Part shown: in pieces, positions 12,590-25,529 of the stretch
Layout: each line of letters begins with the position of its first letter
Position numbering within the stretch: the stretch's first letter is position 1
Source of the DNA: Octopus vulgaris
Lineage: Eukaryota
Reading direction: 5' to 3'
DNA length: 64,000 bases
Assembly (NCBI GenBank): GCA_951406725.2
Contig: OX597823.1
Location: 83,080,001 to 83,144,000, forward strand
Position numbers and translations under genes: made by a program
Notes under the pieces: generated by a model
Databases searched by the model: none
Told to the model about the DNA's origin: nothing
What the model saw: the letters and a program-made list of their open reading frames with translations, nothing else

Positions 12590-13015
12590 GATTTGCTTGT
12601 CAGTTGTTTGACCTTAACCAGTTGAGCATGTCCCTTAGTGGCTGACGATATGTGCATCTCTGATCACGAGCAGAAGTAGTGGGGGAGCATCATAGCCATG
12701 TGTTGAGAGGGATTCTTTGGGGTTTGAATAGTTCACCTCTGGAAACATGGGTGGTTCTTTCAACATCCTTAAACAACCCTTATTCAGGGACCGTTTGAGC
12801 GGGATGGGTTACTCAACCTGAAGAAAATTCTAACTGGGCCCCACCTGCAAGGTCATGTGCTGTTTATCTTGATATGAGATCACCATGTCGCGCACATATG
12901 GTTGTGATGCATGTGCCTGGTGTACCTTTATCAGACGGGTAGTCATGATGGGTATATTGGGCTTCGTATATTTTACCCCAGTGTCACTTTGATGGCATGA
13001 ACTGCTCTCTCACTC
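12590..13015 (+). mobile_element. 426-bp non-coding insert flanked on both sides by (TAA)n; probable 3' UTR of a TAA-targeting non-LTR element
   Basis: Clean, higher-GC block with (TAA)n at both ends and no ORF. It is adjacent to R4/Dong coding fragments. Confidence 0.6.
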
Positions 13016-13047
<32 letters not shown>

Positions 13048-13049
13048 CG

Positions 13050-13304
13050 AAGTAGGAACTTTGAGGATGAATTTTGAGTTCGTTAATGAAAATATTGAAA
13101 AGTATGGTAAATCTGCAATGGCAAAAGAATATGAAGGTCAAAATAACTGACCACTAAAAACCATTGCCCTGGAAGTAGCTCCTCCGTAGCAAAGAACCTA
13201 ATGTATATCAAACCCTCACCCATCAGTGGCTGCAGAGTTGTGGCTTAAAAGCAGAGTGAGGGCCTCATTCTGGCTGCACAAGACCTATGTCTTTCAACCT
13301 ACAA

Positions 13305-13308
<4 letters not shown>
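13050..13308 (+). mobile_element. R4/Dong-clade retrotransposon internal fragment
   Basis: KPLPWK*LLRSKEPNVYQTLTHQWLQSCGLKAE/EGLILAAQDLCLSTYN matches the KPLHG...WL...LK.ETEG.I.AAQDQ.L.T.NY block. Confidence 0.82.
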
Positions 13309-13392
<84 letters not shown>

Positions 13393-15009
13393 CAGTTGCG
13401 GCCAAAATGTTCAGAACGGCATTGTTTTCGTCAGAAAAGTAAGTATAAGTTTTTATCAAAGTAGTTTTATATTCTATAATTTTCACAGACAATAAATACA
13501 ATATTAATTGTTATTGTCTGAGATTTCGGTGTAATGTGAGAGGAGAATACAAAAGTTATGGATGATTTAGTGATTTACTGCAAAACCCATGGCGGCCAAA
13601 AGGATCAGAACGGTTGAAAAAATAACAAAATAATCAAAATTGACAGAGAATACTGGAATTATTTAATATTTAGTGTGAAGCCCTTTAACTTCAATCACAC
13701 TCTGACATCTTCGACTGCATGAAGAAATTAAATTTTCAATTTCTTGCTGGGTAATCTTATTCCATTCTTCCTGAAAGGCATTCCATAATTGCTCAGTTGT
13801 TTTAGGATTTCTGGCTTTCGAACGTTCTCCTAGAATATTCCACAGATTTTCAATAGGATTGAGATCTGGGATTTGAGCAGGCCAATCCATAATAATAATC
13901 TTTTCAGCCTTGAGGAAGTTCATGACCACCTTAGCCTTGTGACATGGGGCATTGTCCTGCATGAATATGGGTGGTCGCTTAGTTGAATTTCTCAGCACAG
14001 GCAAGACATGATCTTTTACAAGTTGTTTATAAACTCCTGCATTTATCTTTCCATGTAATCGCACCAAAGGGCCCACACCATCTCCAGATATCATCCCCCA
14101 AACCATGACACTTCCTCCACCGAATTTAACACTCGTCTTAAGGCATTTAGGCGACAATTTTTCACCTACTTTTCTACGAACGTACCTTTTCCCATCTGAG
14201 CCAAATAACATAAACTTAGATTCATCACTGAAATGCACCGTTTGCCATTTTTCTTGAGACCACAAAACATGTTCGGTTGTAAAGGTAAGACGACACTTTT
14301 TAGTCTTGGAGCTGATCAGTGGCTTCATTGCAGGTGCAGGTCATGTTCAACTAAACGACGAGACACAGTTTTCCGAGATAAAGTTTTCTTCAATACAATG
14401 CTCATTTTCCGAGAAACAGCAGCAGCAGTTTTAAATCTGTCCTTTTTAACCAACTTTACCATAGCACAATCTTCTCTCTTGGTCGTTTTTCTTGGCCTAC
14501 CTGTAAACTTTCTTGCTTCACACGAACCACAATCATCGTAGACCTTAAGAATACCGTGTACAACACTTTTTGACTAGTTAACAATCTTTGCAATAGATCC
14601 AAAACTTAAATTATCCTTCCTTCGAAGCTTAATAATCTGCTGACGAATTGGTAACGGAATAAGTGGCATTATATTAACAAAGTACACTGCAAATATTCTT
14701 ACTAATGTATAGTAAACGAACCATCACGTAAACAAATTCAAAACATTAGAGTTCGCCGGTTAAATATACTAAAACACGGAGTAAAAGCAACCGCTCTGAT
14801 CATTTTGGACGCCATGGTTTTGCAGTAAATCACTAAATCATCCATAACTTTTGTATTATCCTCTCAAATTACACCAAAATCTCATCCATAAAAAATAATA
14901 TCGTAATTATTGTCTGTGAAAATTATAGAATATAAAACAACTTTGATAAAAATTTATATCTACTTTTCTGACGAAAACAATGCCGTTCTGAGCGTTTTAG
15001 CCGCCACTG
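13393..15009 (-). mobile_element. Full-length Tc1-family DNA transposon (1617 bp) with long IR/DR termini
   Basis: TIRs are 13393-13616 and 14788-15009, beginning CAGT. TA flanks both ends. Each TIR has outer and inner direct repeats GCGGCCAAAA.G.TCAGAACGG. Confidence 0.97.
13663..14669 (-). pseudogene. Tc1 DD34E transposase, disrupted
   Basis: ATG at 14669 (MPLIPLPIRQQIIKLR...), TAG at codon 32 (14574-14576), GRPRKTT motif, and a frameshift near 14335. The catalytic half is intact: FSDESKF, FMQDNAPCH, then 34 aa to the E of PDLNPIENLW. Confidence 0.95.
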
Positions 15010-15100
<91 letters not shown>

Positions 15101-15139
15101 GTGTGTGTTTGTATATATATATATATATGTGTGTGTGTG

Positions 15140-15430
15140 TGAGGTGCTATGGCCCAGTGGTTAGGGCAACGGACTGGTGGTCGTAGGATCGCGGTTTCGA
15201 TTCCCAGACAGGGCGTTGTGAGTGTTTATTGAGCGAAAACACCTAAAAGCTCCACGAAGCTCCGGCAGGGGGTGGTGATCCCTGCTGTACTCTTTCACCA
15301 CTCTTTCTCTCACTCTTTCTTCTGTTTGCCTACCCGCTTAGCCAGCAGGGTGGCGTCATTCGAAGGCTAAAAAACTATGCGAACGCATTGTGACCAGCGA
15401 CGTGTAGCAACAACTGATGGTCTGGTCGGT

Positions 15431-15437
<7 letters not shown>
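15140..15437 (+). mobile_element. tRNA-headed SINE, head C + tail Z
   Basis: TGGCCCAGTGGTTAGGGC (A box), GGTTTCGATTCCC (B box). Tail GGCGTCATTCGAAGGCTAAA...TGTGACCAGCGA is shared with 25530. Confidence 0.88.
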
Positions 15438-15513
<76 letters not shown>

Positions 15514-15516
<3 letters not shown>

Positions 15517-15733
15517 GGTGCGTAAGATATTTGAAGATGGATTTATGTTTATAAAAAATAGATATATAATAACAGTTAACTTTATCACAAAATGATATGA
15601 GGATAAAAATAAACTTTTTCTATAATGTTATTCAATAAAGCCACCTTCAGCTTCAACAACTGCTTCTATATGAGATCTAAATCATCTACATGCTCGAATC
15701 AAGTGGTCCTGGTTCATTTGGGACATTACTCTT
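15514..15733 (-). mobile_element. 3' end of a DD37D/maT-like Tc1/mariner transposon
   Basis: TA-CAGGGTG terminus. Minus-strand ...NQDHLIRACR*FRSHIEAVVEAEGGFIE* (stop at 15628-15630). It ends at a SINE. Confidence 0.75.
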
Positions 15734-15737
15734 GTGT

Positions 15738-16040
15738 GGAGGCACATGGCCTAGTGATTAGAGCAGCGGTCTCGTGGTCGAGGGATCGCGGGTTCGAATC
15801 TCAGACTGGGCGATATGTGTGTTTATGAGCGAAACACCTAAGCTCCACGCGGCTCCGGCAGAAGGTAATGGCGAAACTTCTGCTGACTCTTTCGGCACAA
15901 CTTTCTCTCACTCTTTTCTCCGGCATCTTGCAGCTCACCTGCGACGGACCGGCGTCCCGTTCAGGTGGGGAACCTATACGCCAGGGAAACCGGGAAACCG
16001 GCCATTAAGAGCCAGGTATGGCTCGAGAAGGAACAGACAA
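15738..16040 (+). mobile_element. tRNA-headed SINE, head C variant + tail Y-like
   Basis: GGAGGCACATGGCCTAGTG...GGTTCGAATCTC...GAGCGAAACACCTAAGCTCCACG; tail GGAAACCGGGAAACCGG. Confidence 0.85.
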
Positions 16041-16339
16041 GGTCTGTGGTATAAAAACAGAGAGAAAATGGCACAAGCATCACCCAAATTCAGTAACAGG
16101 AGCTGTGACAATCATTTGAGATATTTCTGTGAACGCCGACAGAATGATCAAGATTAATAGATTCGATATAATTGTGAAAGGCCGTTAAAAGTAAAAGTGC
16201 AATTTAATTGACATAAGCATGCCATGTGATCGTAATGTATACAGGAAAGAATTCTGGAATTTCAGTAAACTTAAGGATCTGACAATTCAGGATGAGAACG
16301 ACGACGACAATGATGATGATTATGATGATTATGATGATG

Positions 16340-16491
16340 ATTTCTTCTAAATTAGACGCCGGTCCAGTGATTTGGAAGGATGGTGGGTCATACGAAACTC
16401 TTGGCTCTACTACTTGACAAATATTTTATTTCATCGACACCACAAAGGATGAAAGACAAAGTTGATGTCGGCGCAATATGAATATGATGGT

Positions 16492-16581
<90 letters not shown>

Positions 16582-16602
16582 AAGAAGAAGAAGAAGAAGA
16601 AG

Positions 16603-16640
<38 letters not shown>

Positions 16641-16820
16641 AATTCCTTTCTCCTATAAGCACTTGGCCTAAAATTGTAGGGGAGGGAGCAAGTGGAATAC
16701 ATTGAGCCCAGTCCTAGACTGATAAAATAATCGAACTCGAAAGAATGAGGGTGAAAGTCGACCTAGGCAGCATTCGGACCTAGAACGCTAAGCATTTTGT
16801 CCGGCGCTCTAACGAGCCTT
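16340..16820 (-). mobile_element. Two degraded SINE family A copies separated by a compound (AAT)n(AAG)n(AAC)n tract (16494-16639)
   Basis: Cores ATCGACACCACAAAGGATGAAAGACAAAGTTGA and ATCGAACTCGAAAGAATGAGGGTGAAAGTCGACC. Confidence 0.7.
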
Positions 16821-17094
16821 CAGTCATATCGATTCCTTTCATTGGAATCGATATAATTTATTTTATCGATCTCAAAAGGATGTGAGACTCGGCAGGATTG
16901 GCAATCAGTATTTAAAGAGGAAGAACAAAGATTTTTAAAGAAGGTATACTCTGTTACAAATTTGTTTGTTGCTTCTTTTATCGACCCAGAAACGGAAAGA
17001 ATTAAAGGACAAACCCAATGCAAACTTGAAGGAATTTCTATTTCGAAGGTTAAAGAAAGGTAACTAAATACTCCAAACAGGTTTTCAACCGGAG

Positions 17095-18812
17095 AATTGG
17101 TGTCTTAGAAGCCAGTGATATTAAAGATTGGGCAATGAAAGATAAATCAGGAAAATTCTTTCCAAAGAATATAGAGAATACTAAAACCCAGACTCATAAA
17201 GTCAAGAATACCATAAAGTCGAGAACTGTATCCACTATAAGGTATACACTTTTCTCTTTTCTACTCTAGGCACAAGGTCTGAAATTTTGGGGAAGGCGGC
17301 CAGTCGATTAGATCGACTGCAGTCACAAATGGTACTTAATATATCGACCTCGAAATGATGAAAGACAGACGAAATACCTATTTCTTTACTACCCACAAGG
17401 GGCTAAACACAGAGAGGACAAACAAGGACAGACAAACGGATTAAGTCGATTACATCGACCCCAGTGCGTAACTGGTACTTATTTTATCGACCCCGAAAGG
17501 ATGAAAGGCAAAGTCGACCTCAGCGGAATTTAAACTCAGAACGTAAAGACGGACAAAATACCTATTTCTTCACTACCAACAAGGGGCTAAACACAGAGAG
17601 GACAAACAAGGACAGACAAACGGATTAAGTCGATTATATCGACCCCAGTGCGTAACTGGTACTTATTTAATCGACCCCGAAAGGATGAAAGGCAAAGTGG
17701 ACTTCGTCGGAATTTGAACTCAGAACGTAACAGCAGACGAAATACCGCTAAGCATTTCGCCAGGCGTACTAATGTTTCTGGCAACTCACCGCCCTCCACT
17801 ATAAGACAACATGTAAGAAGAATGACATGGACAAGGAAAATCTTGAGAATATAGAACGGAACACAAATAAATTATTGCCAATTAATTGGACCTTATATCC
17901 ACAGTCAGATGTTGGCTGATTGTCTTTGAATAGAAAGGTTGAGAGAAGAAGATTGTTAAGTGGAGAAAACAGCGTGGAAGTTGTAGAAAGACCAAGGGAA
18001 TATGTTGGTGACATCGAAGGAGCACTTTGAACAGCAGTAATAAAAAAGGACATGTTAACATAAAGAAGGGAAGATCTGAGATTACCTTCGCTAAGACAAT
18101 GATATGAAGAGAAAATTTTACACGAACATTTTCTTTAAATAATGTACTGGAATGTATTGAGATCAAAAGTCATTTCAATTGTCAAAGAAGTGAATGTGAA
18201 AGAAAGAGGCAATGGGCTTGATTCTAGTTACGTAAGATCAAGCAATCAGAACAAGATACAGAAGAATAAGGAAGGAAGTGATCTCAGCTGAATTTAGAAT
18301 GTGTGGCGAAAGAAAAGATATGGCAGCACATATTTTCACTGAATATAGAATGTTTGCTTACAGGTTCCATAAGAAATATAACTTGGTATGGTTGCTATAA
18401 TCATATATTTACAAATCTGTATAAACATAAATGCATTTGAACATAAAGTAAAATGGAATGACCATAAAACTGAACACATAATTGAAAATGAATATATAAT
18501 GGTACTGTGGGATACGAAACATGAAACGAATAAGCATATAGAACATTTACATCAAACATTGTTGTACCCAATAAACAAGAAAATGTTTATTGCTGTCCCG
18601 TTTACTACAAAAGTAAGAGAAAAAGAACATGTGAAATTAGGAAAATAATAGGATTTAAAACACAAATTTCAAAGGGTGTCTCAATTACTGTAGGATCTTT
18701 CGGAATAGTTGCAAGAAGATTAAATGGTTTGTTTTGGATGTTGGATTTTTGAAGTCTACAGAATACTCATTTGTTTGGCAGATCAAGAGGTAAAAGTGTC
18801 CTGGACAACTAA
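17095..18812 (+). mobile_element. Degenerate R4/Dong-clade non-LTR retrotransposon (end of RT, CCHC finger, restriction-like endonuclease), interrupted by a SINE array
   Basis: GVLEASDIK..MKDK; LYPQSDV..L.LNRK..RR.LLS.E; RMCGERK..AHIF.E; KWNDHKTEHIIENE..VLWD..TNKHIEH..IAVPF..KVREKE..K.GK; ...VLDN*. It is followed by (GAT)n. Confidence 0.85.
17258..17793 (-). mobile_element. SINE family A array: one head plus three bodies, 11-bp flanking direct repeat
   Basis: Junctions at ~17378 and ~17562. TCCACTATAAG occurs at 17231-17241 and 17795-17805. Confidence 0.9.
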
Positions 18813-18860
18813 ACTGCAACATGATATCCGTCAATCAAATACCGACAGAACAACAGCGAA

Positions 18861-19040
<180 letters not shown>

Positions 19041-19129
19041 ATGAGGATAGCAGTGTCGGTGGTGGTGATTATCTTTAAATTAGATTCAAAGCCAAATTTT
19101 TATTCATAATTTTTGCGCTGTGCATGAGT

Positions 19130-20330
19130 GGTGTTAGTCAATTTCATCGATCACTTCCAGGAGCATTGTACCGTTTTGCTTAAAGAATCCAGACAGTAAA
19201 AGATATCCAGTCCTTCTTCGCTAAAGAAAATCAACGGGCGGTGCCCTAGAGGGATTCAACAGACAGCTAGATTTATACGACACAATTCAACAGATTTTTG
19301 ATATAACTGCACAAGTCAGGGCCATTTGATTACTCGACTAATACTTCTAAATCAGTTTCATTGTTCTGTATGCAACTTCGCTAAGTCCAGCTAACAACAC
19401 TGATTTACCTGAATTTATTCTGAACAAACAATTCTGATTAATACACGGGTCAATATTTTGACTTGGCTATAAACCTAGAGCGGAAGTTATCCGGCATAGA
19501 CAAACTAGTCGACCACCATCGACGTCCACACTCTCGTTTCTCGTTTCTCCTTTCTCGTTGGCAAAGTTGTTGTTCATTCCTGATACAAATCCTGTATAGA
19601 TTACTTGTTCCACGTCCCACAAGGCATATATTCAACTGTTGTGCGCTCCTGGCGATATTTCAAATGTCAGTTGCCCAGTTTTGTTCTATGGCCGCGGCAA
19701 CGATTGTAAGGCTTATTACAGAGACGAATTATAGAATGACGTCTGACAAACAGAAACTGTACTTAATCATCCTCTATGAATATCCGGAGATTCCACAACC
19801 TCGAGATATACATGTGCTGAGGGTGCTGAGAGTTGATGGACACTCTGATGGGTGGAACTTGTCAATTCTATAAAAACGACAAAAGAAAGGCTCTAGTCTG
19901 ATCAGATGTTCTCTGGGACAAATAACAATGGCCGAATGGTAAAACACAACGGAAGTCATATAGGCATTCGCTACCTCTACACAATGAATTTATGGGTTGC
20001 CTCTCTTCAGCCTATTTCTTGTGTAACAGGCCGCATTACTCTCATAACCCCATCACAACTGATAACCATCTGGAGATCCAGACAACATCATTCTTCAAAC
20101 ACTTTACCCGGGGGTGTAGCCTAGCAATAGATGGCTCCCACGTTGCAGGCAAACGTGTACTTGCCCGACCAGCTGCTGAGCTGCAAGCCTACCAATTTGT
20201 CTTGGTTAACATGCATTCTTTTTATGACATTCAGTATGGAACTAATCGCGTTGGTCTCGGAAATGACTCACACTTAGACTTCGACAAGTGTTTTCTGCGA
20301 ACCCACTTTGAAGAAGTTTCAACGATATCC
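19130..20330 (+). mobile_element. Highly degenerate Ty3/Gypsy pol relic (RNase H end to integrase)
   Basis: Colinear fragments RQLD (cf. RQLDFISQF), PRP...AAATIVRLITE (cf. PRP..HPG..AT.RLIT.R), IGIR...GC.SS (cf. LGIR..KEDL.CSSAE) and VYLPDQLLSC. Confidence 0.5.
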
Positions 20331-20444
20331 TACTTCCTGTTTACTGAGAATTCACTGGTATGTTACCATTTGTGATAGACATCCGCGAAGATCGGACCAA
20401 ACGAATCTGGCCTGTACGGTATTAATAATAGAAATAATAATCAT

Positions 20445-20648
20445 TTCTACTGGAAGCACAATGCCTAAAATTTGGTAGGAGTGGGATTTAAGTTGATTAC
20501 ATCGAACCCAGTGCATGACTGGTACTTATTTAATCGACCTCGAAAAGATGAAAGGCAATGTCGACCTCGGCGGGATTTGAACTCAGTACGTAGCGACGGG
20601 CGAAATACAGCAAAGCATTCCGTCCAGTGTGCTAACGATTCTGCCAGC
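20445..20648 (-). mobile_element. SINE family A, older-type tail
   Basis: Same head and core as 6501; single body. Confidence 0.85.
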
Positions 20649-21227
20649 AATAATAGTAAGAATAATAATTTCGTATATTAACACAAAGTCAAAAATAGTT
20701 GAGAGTAGGCATGGTATTTACTGGTATCTGTTTCATCCACCGTAGAATGATGCTAAGCAATATCAGTTAGGCGATTTGAACGCAGGAGGTATGTTTCGTA
20801 ACTAAATACCTCAAGGCTTTCGTTCGAAGGTCTTCTGATTCTGACCGACGAAGGGTATGCATTTGGGACAACACACAGATTAATGAATTAACTTCCGTAT
20901 TTAACAGGGAAATTATTTTACAAATTCCGTAGGAAGGATACATTGCTGACCCTTACTACCAATTCTAGCTTAGCGACAGCATCATTATCATCATTATCAT
21001 TGTCATGGAATTGGAAGAAAAATAGAGTTGACGGACGCATGGTAGTATGAAGGGACGTATCTAATTATACTTAGGCATTTTATCCTACGTAATATAGCCC
21101 TGGTTACCGATGCTAACGATTTATTATATTAACAAAGGGCCCCACAAAAAAGTTTTCAGTCGATGAATCCTCTCGGTTGAATTGATCTTGAGAATTACCC
21201 ATGGATATAAATATGTCTCTCTGTCTG

Positions 21228-21321
<94 letters not shown>

Positions 21322-21329
21322 CATTTATT

Positions 21330-21367
<38 letters not shown>

Positions 21368-21993
21368 AAAATTCAAGTTGCTTACCTAAATTTGAATAAA
21401 GTAAAATCGGTGACGTCAGAGTGTAGAGGAACAGACAACTAAATAATGAATAACACTTAAACTGATGATCTACTGCGCCCGCTACCCCCATTTTGTAACA
21501 CTAGACTATGATGATGATGACGACGACGACGACGACAACAACGGCAACAACAACGATAATTACTGTCACGATGAATGATGGTGATAGTAAGAGACAGAAA
21601 GATATATCATCGGTGATGAAAATGATGGTTGTGATAATTTTAATGCTAATGGTGATGGTGATGATGACAATGATGATGATGATGATGAGATTGTCGTCCA
21701 TACCAGAGTTGTCGCGTCGTGAACGTTATTTGACACATTGCTACAAATCAATGCGGGACAGGTTTTAGCTGATTATATATCGATCTGTTTGCTTGATTGC
21801 TTCAAGTCGGTAGGATGAAAGTTCTAAAAATCAATCCTGGTGGAATTCGTAGATCAAACTTACAACAACTTAAAATGACATAAGTGAATATAGAAATTAC
21901 ATTTTGTTCGCCGCACTGATGATTCTGAAAATTTATCTTCTCTTAAAACAGAAACATACAAAATGATGACTCAAAAATATTTTTTAAATATAA

Positions 21994-22225
21994 GAAGCTT
22001 GCTTCCCAACCACATCGTTTTGGGTTCAGTCCCACTCCGTGACATCGTGGTCAGTGTGTGCCATAAGAGCCTCGGGCCCTCCACAGCCTTCTGAAGAGAT
22101 TAGGTAAACGGAAACTGAAAGGAAATGCGTGTGCACGTGTATGCGTGTACGTGTGTGTGTGTGTATGTGTGTGTATGTGTGTGTGTCCTTGTGTCTGTTT
22201 GTTCCCCCACCATTGCTTGACGACC
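21994..22225 (+). mobile_element. SINE family B, partial
   Basis: AAGAAGCTTGCTTCCCAACCAC...GGAAACTGAAAG...GTTTGTTCCCCCACC. Confidence 0.8.
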
Positions 22226-22377
22226 GGTGTTAGTGTGTTTATTTCATTTAAGAGATAATGAATTATGTACATTGTTTACATTATTTATATTTGACGGATA
22301 TTTGTCCTCATTTTGTTAGTTGCCCATGGGCATATGGTGTGTAGTGGTTAAGAGCGCGGCCATATTATTTCATGATT

Positions 22378-22520
22378 GGAAGAAGAAGAAGAAGAAGAAG
22401 AAGAAGAAGAAGAAGAAGAAGAAGAAGAAGAAGAAGAAGAAGAAGAAGAAGAAGAAGAAGAAGAAGAAGAAGAAGAAGAAGAAGAAGAAGAAGAAGAAGA
22501 AGAAGAAGAAGAAGAAGAAG
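22378..22520. repeat. (GAA)n microsatellite
   Basis: Perfect run of about 140 bp. Confidence 0.98.
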
Positions 22521-23046
22521 ATGCAGTGGCAGTAATGGTGATGAATGTTGTTGCCGCGATTAATGCTGTTGTTGTTGCTGTTGTAGTTGTTGTTGTTGAT
22601 GATGATGATGATGATGAGGATGTTTAGGATGTCGTTCAACATAAACATATTGCGAGCCGCAGTAAAGGACAGTAAATAGTTATGCACGTTAATATGCGCG
22701 TGTGTGTGTGTGTGTGAGTGTGTATGTGTGTGTGTGTGTGTGCGTGCGTGTGCACGTGTGCGTATGTGTGTGTGTGTGTAAACATATAAGGACATATGAC
22801 ATATGATCCTATACATGTATGTATATATAAGTACATACAGATACATACGCACACTTCTCTGTTTAGTATGTATCCTTTCTTTACACACACATGTATACAT
22901 CCGCACATTCACACACATATACATATATACTTATATTAATATCTATATTTATGTGTGTGTGTGTGTATGTGTGCACAAATACTCACATACACACATATAT
23001 GTATATTTACGTGCGAGTGTGTGTCTGCACATGTATATATATTTAT

Positions 23047-23140
<94 letters not shown>

Positions 23141-23172
23141 TATATATATATATATATATATACATATATATA

Positions 23173-23233
<61 letters not shown>

Positions 23234-23690
23234 TGTATACATGTATGTATCTATACATATACAGAGAGAGGGAGAGAGAGAGACAGATAGGAGACTGTGT
23301 GAGAAGGATAGGGTGAGAAAGAGAGAAAGGCTTATGAAAATTTTACATTGTTATACAAGAGTATGTGTTATAGTGTCTACGCTTGTGTAGTTGCAAGCTT
23401 ATGTGTGTGAGTGTATGTGTGTGTATTTGTGTGTATTGCAGCATTATCTCTGTGGATGTTGGATGCTGTCGGTCGCAGTATTTACATAATCTTTTCTCTA
23501 TGACGTCAGAATCAATAATTGCATTACAATTAATAACAACAGATCGTTCTCTGTTATTAATAACAAGAGTAGAAAATATTGACGTGACAGAATTCACCTA
23601 CTCTACCTCAACCCTAAATTACCTTGCATTATCTTAAATTTACCCCTTGCCTGTGCTGTATCTAACCTGTGATATTATTTATTTTATTTA

Positions 23691-24003
23691 TGCGCCCTTT
23701 TCAAGCCTAGCCAGGCTCATGGACCCGGTTTCCCGGTTTCTGTGGCGTTTGTGTCCCCCGCCCCAGCTGGGGGGAACACATACGCGTGTTCCATCGCAGC
23801 TTTACTCAAGAAGCAGGAAGAGAGAGTGATAGAAAGTTGGGGCGAAAGAGTACAACAGGGGCCGCCACAACCCCATGCCGGAGCGTCGTGGAGCTTTAGG
23901 TGTTTTCGCTCCATAAACACACACAACGCCCGGTCTGGGAATCGAAACCGAGATTCTCCGACCGCGATCAGCAGCCCTAACCAATAGGACACTGCGCCTC
24001 CAC
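23691..24003 (-). mobile_element. tRNA-headed SINE, head C + tail Y, with target-site duplication (TSD)
   Basis: Tail ATGAGCCTGGCTAGGCTTGAAAAGGGCGCA. TSD CTAA(C/A)CTGTGATA at 23662-23674 and 24004-24016. Confidence 0.9.
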
Positions 24004-24399
24004 CTAAACTGTGATAAACTGGACGTATTTTCTCTGGTATCTATGCATCATATATGATACACATGCCCAGTTGTTTTCAATCACAGGAGTAGCTTTGGTC
24101 TTATGAAAGGAAAGCTTTGTATTTCTCAGAACGTATGAAAGAAGGGATTAAATGAAGTCTAAATACAAGCATTGATGTTCAGGACAAGCTTATGAAAATG
24201 TTTTGGACAGGCGAAGGGTTAGATATTAGACTCTTGCGACGATGATCGGCTTTCCATTCTTCAAGGGTTTGATAAATGAGATTGGCATTCATTTCTTGTG
24301 GTATATGTGTTTTATCCCGTTAGAACCTTGCAAATTAAGTTTGTGACAATGACCACAATAATTAATCAATCAGAATTGAGAAAATTACTATATTTATTC

Positions 24400-24915
24400 C
24401 GGTTCGGACATCCGAAGTTCAAATAACACCGAGGTCTACTTTGCCTATCATTTTTTCAGGGTCGATAAAATAAGTGCCAGTTAAGCACTTGGATCGATGC
24501 AATTGACTTACTCCTTTCCCGAAATCACTGGCTTTGTGCCAAATTTTGAAACAGTTACCATTATATGCTTATCATCAGCAGCATCATCGTCCTTATCTTT
24601 TATCAATATTACCATTTTTATTATTCATAGCTTGTTTTATTCATCAAGAATTTTTCTTTTTTACATCAGAAAGAATTAGTTACATAATGGAAAATATGAA
24701 TAAATATAGTCAAAGTTAAACATCTGTTAACGTGAGACATACTCTAACGATATTTATAGATTTTACTATAACTGTTCTTTGGGTCGCGCTTAATCTTTCA
24801 AGTCACCTTTCATCCTCTCGGGGTCGATAAAATAAAGTTCCTGTCAAGTACTAGAATCAATGGTATCAACAAATCCCTCCCTTCATAATTACTCGTCTTG
24901 TGCTTCATTAGAAAA
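24400..24915 (+). mobile_element. Two degraded SINE family A copies (~24400-24560 and ~24790-24915)
   Basis: Cores GGGTCGATAAAATAAG with old-type tails. Confidence 0.72.
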
Positions 24916-25529
24916 AAATTATTATTGTATTGTTATCTTTTCCTGATTAAGTTGGCCGTTATTTTACGAATACATTTCTTTAACTTGGTTGGCTTTCTCT
25001 CTCTCTCTCTTTCTCTCTCTTCTCCCTCTTTCTCTCTCTCTCTCTCTCTAGAGAGAGAGAGAGAGAAAGAGAGAGAAAGCCAACCAGGCTCAGGAAATGG
25101 ATTCGTAAAATAGTGGGTAACATAATCAGGAAAAGATAACACTATCTTTCTATCTCTCTCACTTTCTATCTCTCTCCCATTCCTTCACCCTCTCTCATTC
25201 TCTCTTTCCTTCTCTTTCTCTTTCTTACTCTCTCACTCACGCTCACTTTTTCTCTCCTCTTTTTTATGTATTTTGTTGTTTCAACAAGTTTCTGCTATCT
25301 TGTTGCGAAGATTACAACCGACCAGTTTCGTGTCATTTTCTCTCGTCTCCAAACTTTCATTTCTCTAGATTTTTATATCTTTATATCAACAAAATGCAAA
25401 TACATCACTGAGATGCCTTGCAGACTTTATCATAAGCATCAAAAGTTACGGGACTTTATCTTTCTCTAAGTTCTAACTCAATTGTACTGTGCATTTGTAG
25501 TTATAAGCCTTAATATCATAGTATCACAG

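Noticed and set aside
15140-15215. tRNA-like sequences with A and B boxes (also 15738, 27656, 47537, 61927)
   Set aside because: They continue into SINE bodies and tails, some with TSDs, and lack a proper cloverleaf. They are SINE heads, not tRNA genes.
18388-18648. 86-aa ORF as a host gene
   Set aside because: It is part of the decayed R4/Dong endonuclease region.
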